Shown here: positions 58,290 through 64,000 of the stretch, in pieces
Layout of the letters: each line of letters begins with the position of its first letter
Numbering within the stretch: the stretch's first letter is position 1
NCBI GenBank assembly: GCA_950097015.1
Contig: CATNEN010000039.1
Location: 9,548,001 to 9,612,000 of the forward strand
DNA: 64,000 bases
Direction: 5' to 3'
DNA from: Macrostomum hystrix
Lineage: Eukaryota; Animalia; Platyhelminthes
Notes under the pieces: generated by a model
Database searches by the model: none
Seen by the model: only the letters and a program-made list of their open reading frames with translations
Told to the model about the DNA's origin: nothing
Program-made: the position numbers and the translations under genes

Positions 58290-58790
58290 CACTGGGTGTC
58301 TATAAGGATGCAGTGAGTGTCTATAAGGAGGCAGTGAGTGTCTATAAGGAGGCAGTGTCTATAAGGAGGCAGTGAGTGTCTCTAAGGAGGCAGTGAGTGT
58401 CTATAAGAAGGCAGTGAGTGTCTATAAGGAGGCAGTGAGTGTCTATAAGAAGGCAGTGGTGTCTCTAAGAAGGCAGTGAGTGTCTCTAAGGAGGCGGTGG
58501 TGTCTATAAGGAGGCAGTGAGTGTCTATAAGAAGACAGTGAGTGTCTATAAGAATACAGTGAGTGTCTATAAGAAGACAGTGAGTGTCTATAAGAAGACA
58601 GTGAGTGTCTATAAGAAGGCAGTGAGTGTCTATAAGAAGGCAGTGAGTGTCTATAAGGAGGCGGTGGTGTCTATAAGGAGGCAGTGAGTGTCTATAAGAA
58701 GACAGTGAGTGTCTATAAGAAGACAGTGAGTGTCTATAAGAAGGCAGTGGTGTCTCTAAGAAGGCAGTGAGTGTCTCTAAGGAGGCAGTG
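58290..58790. repeat. 21-bp minisatellite GTGTCTATAAGAAGGCAGTGA
   Basis: Direct periodicity. Confidence 0.94.
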
Positions 58791-59030
58791 GGCACTGGCA
58801 CATCATTTGGTAACACTAGACCCGCAGCTAGCGAGATAGCGTATGCAGGCATGGACTCACACAGGTGATTAAATCTGCCCTGACTTTCTAATCCTCAATA
58901 TTTTGCACGACAAGCCCCCAAGCCTTCTCTCCGCGGATGCGCCCCAAATTAATGTGGCCTCGCCGCGGAATCGAACTTAGGGACCTTGGCACGAGAGGCA
59001 AACGCGTTAACGGCTCTGCCACCGACCCCG
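58790..59030 (-). mobile_element. tRNA-derived SINE, family A, internally deleted
   Basis: GGCACATCATTTGG...AAGCCCCCAAGCCTTCTCTCCGCGG...CGGAATCGAACTTAGGGACC...GAGAGGCAAACGCGTT is the reverse complement of the 50128 copy. Confidence 0.85.
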
Positions 59031-59877
59031 ACAGGACACCACATTTGAGCCTCTCAAAGGCGCCAGGTGTTTTATTCTGATTATTATTTTTCGCAGTAAT
59101 AAACTGCTATTTCTACTGCTGCTGCAGTAGTGTGATAGGCTTATTAACAAATATTCGTTTGGCAATCGCCAAGGTAGCTGAGTAGGACAGCGAAGATGGC
59201 CTGTAAGAGGCTTCCATGACTGTTTCCTATTCTTTCTCCGTTTAACAAAAAAATATTTTGAGTATAGTAGAAAGCCGCAGAAACTCAATTTTCTAGGACG
59301 CCGGCTCAAATCTACAGCCTTGTCCCTGCTCAATCTCACATTTAATATGCTCTAGTGTGCTTACTATACATTTAGGAGATATCCCGCTAATAGGCCGGCA
59401 AGGGTGCAGGAAGATTGGGGTCGCGACGATTGCGCAATCGACAGCAGAAGAGCGGAAGAAAGATTGAGTAGAGAAATACGAAGGGAATTGTCATCTCCTA
59501 CATCACATAGGCACAGTGCGAGCTGTCTCTTCGGCTTCGAGTTCTTCGACATAGTATTTCCTTCCTGTCCTGTGAGAGCGTGTCTCTTATATCAGGCTTC
59601 AGTTTGCCGCGAGGTCACATTGCGATAAAAATTTTCTTTCGTTTCTAAGAAAATTTAGAAAAATCAAAATCTGGTTGACAACTGAATAAAATTGCTACTG
59701 GGTGGGAAATGGTCACATTGTTTCACAGATTGAAGTGGTCGATGTTACAACTCTACAACCCAGCATGGCAACATTTATCGCTAATATCGTGATTCAATCT
59801 ATTAGAAAATCAATAAATATAAATAGTATTCGTTGAGGAAGGGTCATATACTCGAACGGCTGGAAAATTGGAGACGG

Positions 59878-60760
59878 TTCATGCGACTGACAGAGAGTAG
59901 AGTCATACGACTGAGAAGACTGTCATACGACTGAGAAGACTGTCATACGACTGAGAAAGCTGTCATACGACTGAGAAAGCTGTCATACGACTGAGAAGAC
60001 TGTCATACGACTGAGAAGACTGTCATACGACTGAGAAAGCTGTCATACGACTGAGAAAGCTGGCATACGATTGAGAGATTTGGTCAGGCGAGTGAGAGAA
60101 TGGTCATACGAGTGAGAGAATGATCATGCGATTAAAAGAATGGTCATACGATTAAGAGAATGGTCATACGAGTGAGAGAATGGTCATACGAGTAAGAGAA
60201 TGATCATACGAGTGAGACAATGATCATGCCATTGAAAGAATGGTCATACGATTGAGAGAATAGTCATTCGAGTGAGAGAATGTTCATACGATTGAGAAAA
60301 CTGTCACACGATTGAAAGAATGGTCATACGAGTGAGAAAACTGTCACACGATTGAAAGAATGGTCATACGAGTGAGAGAATGGTCATGCGAGTGAGAGAA
60401 TGGTCATGCGAGTGAGAGAATGGTCATGCGAGTGAGAGAATGGTCATGCGAGTGAGAGAATGGTCATGCGAGTGAGAGAATAGTCATTCGAGTGAGAGAA
60501 TGGTCATACGAGTGAGAAAACTGTCACACGATTGAAAGAATGGTCATACGAGTGAGAAAACTGTCACACGATTGAAAGAATGGTCATACGAGTGAGAGAA
60601 TGGTCATGCGAGTGAGAGAATGGTCATGCGAGTGAGAGAATGGTCATGCGAGTGAGAGAATGGTCATGCGATTGAACGAATGGTCATACGATTATGAGAA
60701 TTCTCATACTATATTGAGAGATAGTCATAAGACTGAGAGAAGAGGTCACATGACTGAGAG
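59878..60760. repeat. 20-bp minisatellite TCATACGAGTGAGAGAATGG
   Basis: Direct periodicity. Confidence 0.94.
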
Positions 60761-61319
60761 CAAGTATGAGTCTCAAACAACTAAGAAAGTAATACTAATC
60801 GAGAATGACTAGCAGTAGGGTCGCACTGCCCATTGTCTGTCAAAGTTCGTTGCGTCACTAGATTCACTAGAAAATATTTTTGCCTTCAGTATGGTATCGC
60901 GCCCCAGTCTAGATCAGTAATAAAACCGTCAGCCGTCTCCAAATTTGTGAGCTTCAAAGCACCCCCCGTAGAGGAAGGTGTTGCGTTGGCCTAATTGCCC
61001 CCCACTTTTTGCTGGAATTTTTCCGCGATCCGGGATCTGGAAGCTTGATAACGCTGCCATCCCCAACTCGGGGTTGTATCGCTCACTGGTTCCAGAAATA
61101 TCCCTAAGCATTCGAGGGTCGCATTGCGTCACATTTTTCCTCCCCTTAAGAAAACAAGAATGAGAGTCTTGGCCAGATCTCGACTCCTGATTGGAACTGT
61201 TGTTACAAATGCAACTGCAGCTGTGGAGACGAATAAGGGCCAACATGTGGCTATTGTGGCTTTGTACCGGCCCAGTATGGCTGCGAAGCTAGTCTTCTCA
61301 CACTGCCCCTGGCACTTCC

Positions 61320-61582
61320 ACTATCTACCTCTCACACTACTCTCTATCTACCTCTCACACTACTCTCTATCTACCTCTCACACTACTCTCTATCTACCTC
61401 TCACACTACTCTCTATCTACCCTCACACTACATTCTATCTACTACTCACTCTATTCTCTATCTACCTCTCACACTACTCTGCATCTACCTCTGACACTAC
61501 TCTCTATCTACCTCTCACACTACTCTCTATCTACCTCTCACACTACTCTCTATCTACCTCTCACAATACCTTCTATCTACCT
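61320..61582. repeat. 23-bp minisatellite CTATCTACCTCTCACACTACTCT
   Basis: Direct periodicity. Confidence 0.92.
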
Positions 61583-62299
61583 GTTCGACTTTCTCTATCT
61601 CTTACCCTACCTGTCTGTATCACACAGAAATGCTAATCGGAAATTTATCCCAAATCTAGCAGACACGATAAATGTTCTCCCCAAATAAGTTTGCTCAGAA
61701 ATTCATCAACACACTAGAAGGCCTTAATTTTTCGTACTTTACCAAAGCTACGCCAAAGACTCAGAGCGGTCTGAAAGGGATATTTTTCCCGCGAGTTTTA
61801 GTGATATTAATCGAAGAAAAACTTTTAGCCCAACTGCAGGCCTGCGAGAGCCCATGGGATTTATTTCCCCAACCCCGCGCCATGATTGATGCCGCGACTC
61901 GAAGTCCTGCCTCTTGACAGTTTGTCTTGGTCTCTCCCTCAGGCCCGTGTTTGTCCGGCGTCAACAACTCCCCCGACCACCCACCCATCCTCCGCGCTGT
62001 TGGGCCTTTCGCATTAATGAGGCCACACTCTCTGTCTGGCCAGGTAAATTCTCGCCAACAAATAATAGCTTTCATCTCTGTCTCATACTCGTATTTTATC
62101 TTTCACTTTGCTGAATACTCATACTCTTTTCTCTAACCATATTCCGCAAAGCCAAATGTATAAACCGGTGTGTGATATGCTATAGTGTGTTTTGCTCCCA
62201 GTCCGTCTCTTAATCGTGTATTCTATCTGCTTCTCCTACCTGATGGTTTTGAGGATTTTGTCTATCTTCCCCTTCCTTCTAATCCTCCACATAATGTCT

Positions 62300-62785
62300 C
62301 CCATCTTACCCACCTTCCTCTCCCCTCTTACCAACCTTCCTCTCCCCTCTTCTCCCCTCTTCCTCTCCCCTCTTACCCACCTTCCTCTCCCCTCTTACCA
62401 AACTTCCTCTCCCCTCTTACCAACCTTCCTCTCCCCTCTTACCCACCTTCCTCTCCCCTCTTACCCACCTTCCTCTCCCCTCTTACCCACCTTCCTCTCC
62501 CCTCTTACCAACCTTCCTCTCCCCTCTTACCCACCTTCCTCTCCCCTCTTACCCACCTTCCTCTCCCCTCTTACCCATATTCCTCTCCCCTCTTACTCCC
62601 CTCTTCCTCTACCCTCTTACCCACCTTCCTCTCCCCTCTTACTCCCCTCTTCCTCTCACCTCTTACCCACCTTAGTCTATCCCTGAGGTCCGTTTTTGTC
62701 CTCTTCTCTACCTTCCTCTCCCCCTCTTTACCACCTTCCTCTCCCCTCTTGCCCTCCTTCGTCTGCCCCTCTTTTCCACCCTCCT
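62300..62785. repeat. 22-bp pyrimidine-rich minisatellite CCCCTCTTACCCACCTTCCTCT
   Basis: Direct periodicity. Confidence 0.92.
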
Positions 62786-63329
62786 AACCCTTCATAACTA
62801 TTCCTCTAAAAAATTAAGCTGTCAGTTATAAAAACCTCATTAATCAGTTTTCGAATTGAAAATCAAGAAAAACTCATCGGTGCTGATGTATCGGATTGAT
62901 AAAACTAAAAAAAAACTTTTCTGTAACACAATGAACCTTAAGGGGCTTCAATAATTTGAACTTTTTTCTTCATGTCTAATTATATTCAGAAACGCTTTGT
63001 GATGAAACCACTGTGTAACGCCCAGCGAGTGTCTTTGTTTCAGATTCAATAAAATTGTCTTTCACATCAGTGGCGTAAGTGTCTTTAAAAAAATGGTTAC
63101 CCACCCAGTTGAGGACCCTTGCCGATTTGAAATTGTCTATCTAATTTATCAGACTCTGAATTTGTAGCAAACTGAATCGGAATTCTCTTGCTGCCGTTGT
63201 GTAGGCCCTTTTGTAATACTTTTTATGAAGTCTTTGTTACACCACTTCTATTTGAAACTGGCGACTTTTGTTAAGTGCCTTTTTCACATCCTCAAAAAAT
63301 CTAACTAGCGACCCAAATACGGCCTGTTC

Positions 63330-63942
63330 GTATCATCTCTCCCCTGTCTCATCTCTCCCGTGTCTCATCTCTCCCCTGTCTCAGCTCTCCCCTGTCTCAT
63401 CTCTCCCGTGTCTCATCTCTCCCCTGTCTCAGCTCTCCCCTGTATCATCTCTCCGCTGTCTCATCTCTCCCCTGTCTCAGCTCTCCCCTGTCTCATCTCT
63501 CCCCTGTCTCAGCTCTCCCCTGTCTCATCTCTCCCCTGTCTCACCTCTGCCCTGTCCCACCTCTCCCTTGTTTCATTTCTTCCCTGTCTCACCTCTCCGC
63601 TCTCTCATCTCTCCACTGTCTCATCTCTCTCATATCTCATATCTCCCCTGTCTCATCTCTCCCCTATCTCATCTCTCCCGTGTCTCACTTCTCCACTGTA
63701 TCATCTCATCTCTCCCCTGTCTCATATCTCCCGTGTCTCATCTCTCCCCTGTCTCAGCTCTCCCCTGTCTCATCTCTCCCCTGTCTCACCTCTGCCTTGT
63801 TTCATCTCTTCCATGTCTCACCTCTCCGCTCTCTCATCTCTCCACTGTCTCATCTCTCTCATATCTCATATCTCCCCTGTCTAATCTCTCCCCTATCTCA
63901 TCTCTCCCGTGTCTCATCTCTCCCCTGTCTCAGCTCTCCCCT
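63330..63942. repeat. 16-bp pyrimidine-rich minisatellite TCATCTCTCCCCTGTC
   Basis: Direct periodicity; runs directly into CCCCTGCGCAG. Confidence 0.93.
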
Positions 63943-63948
63943 GCGCAG

Positions 63949-64000
63949 GAACGGCATGCCCCCAGGCCGGCGAACTAGGCGGGAGTCGCCCATCGCGCCA
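63949..64000 (+). CDS. Probable start of an exon of the next plus-strand gene, truncated by the window end
   Basis: Acceptor CCCCTGCGCAG|G directly after an intronic-type array; abrupt GC-rich open frame NGMPPGRRTRRESPIAP. Confidence 0.4.

Noticed and set aside
61943-62043. Possible 101-nt exon (CCCTCAG|G ... CAG|GTAAAT) of the downstream gene
   Set aside because: Good splice sites but no frame or homology support within the window; left uncalled.

Overview
Eukaryotic (metazoan) genomic DNA with spliceosomal introns, GC-rich exons and minisatellite-filled introns. The style suggests a lophotrochozoan, possibly a macrostomid flatworm; this is inference and was not verified. From left to right: the 3' end of a tyrosine-recombinase (DIRS/Ngaro-type) retrotransposon inside an intron of a syntaxin-1 gene (last five exons present); a two-exon disordered-protein gene; an intronless M13 (neprilysin/ECE-like) peptidase; a B-box-like/coiled-coil gene; a MITE-like foldback; LINE remnants; a three-exon class-A GPCR; a 2.2-kb 15-bp satellite; an approximately 1800-codon, 18-exon ELKS/ERC/CAST (Bruchpilot-like) active-zone gene (25640-54025) with a different tandem array in most introns and a nested intronless secreted-protein gene; and TEX261 (Svp26 family). 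Most notable: (1) a phase-0 donor in the last ERC exon faces tandem acceptors just before TEX261, giving either an ERC stop 10 nt upstream of the TEX261 ATG (bicistronic) or an in-frame ERC-TEX261 membrane-anchored fusion; (2) an in-frame TAA inside a phase-consistent ERC exon, upstream of the conserved ERC C-terminal motif; (3) intronic arrays built from splice-site consensus units; (4) the nested gene is bracketed by inverted SINEs. Exon models were derived by hand from GT-AG sites and frame continuity; no database searches were run.
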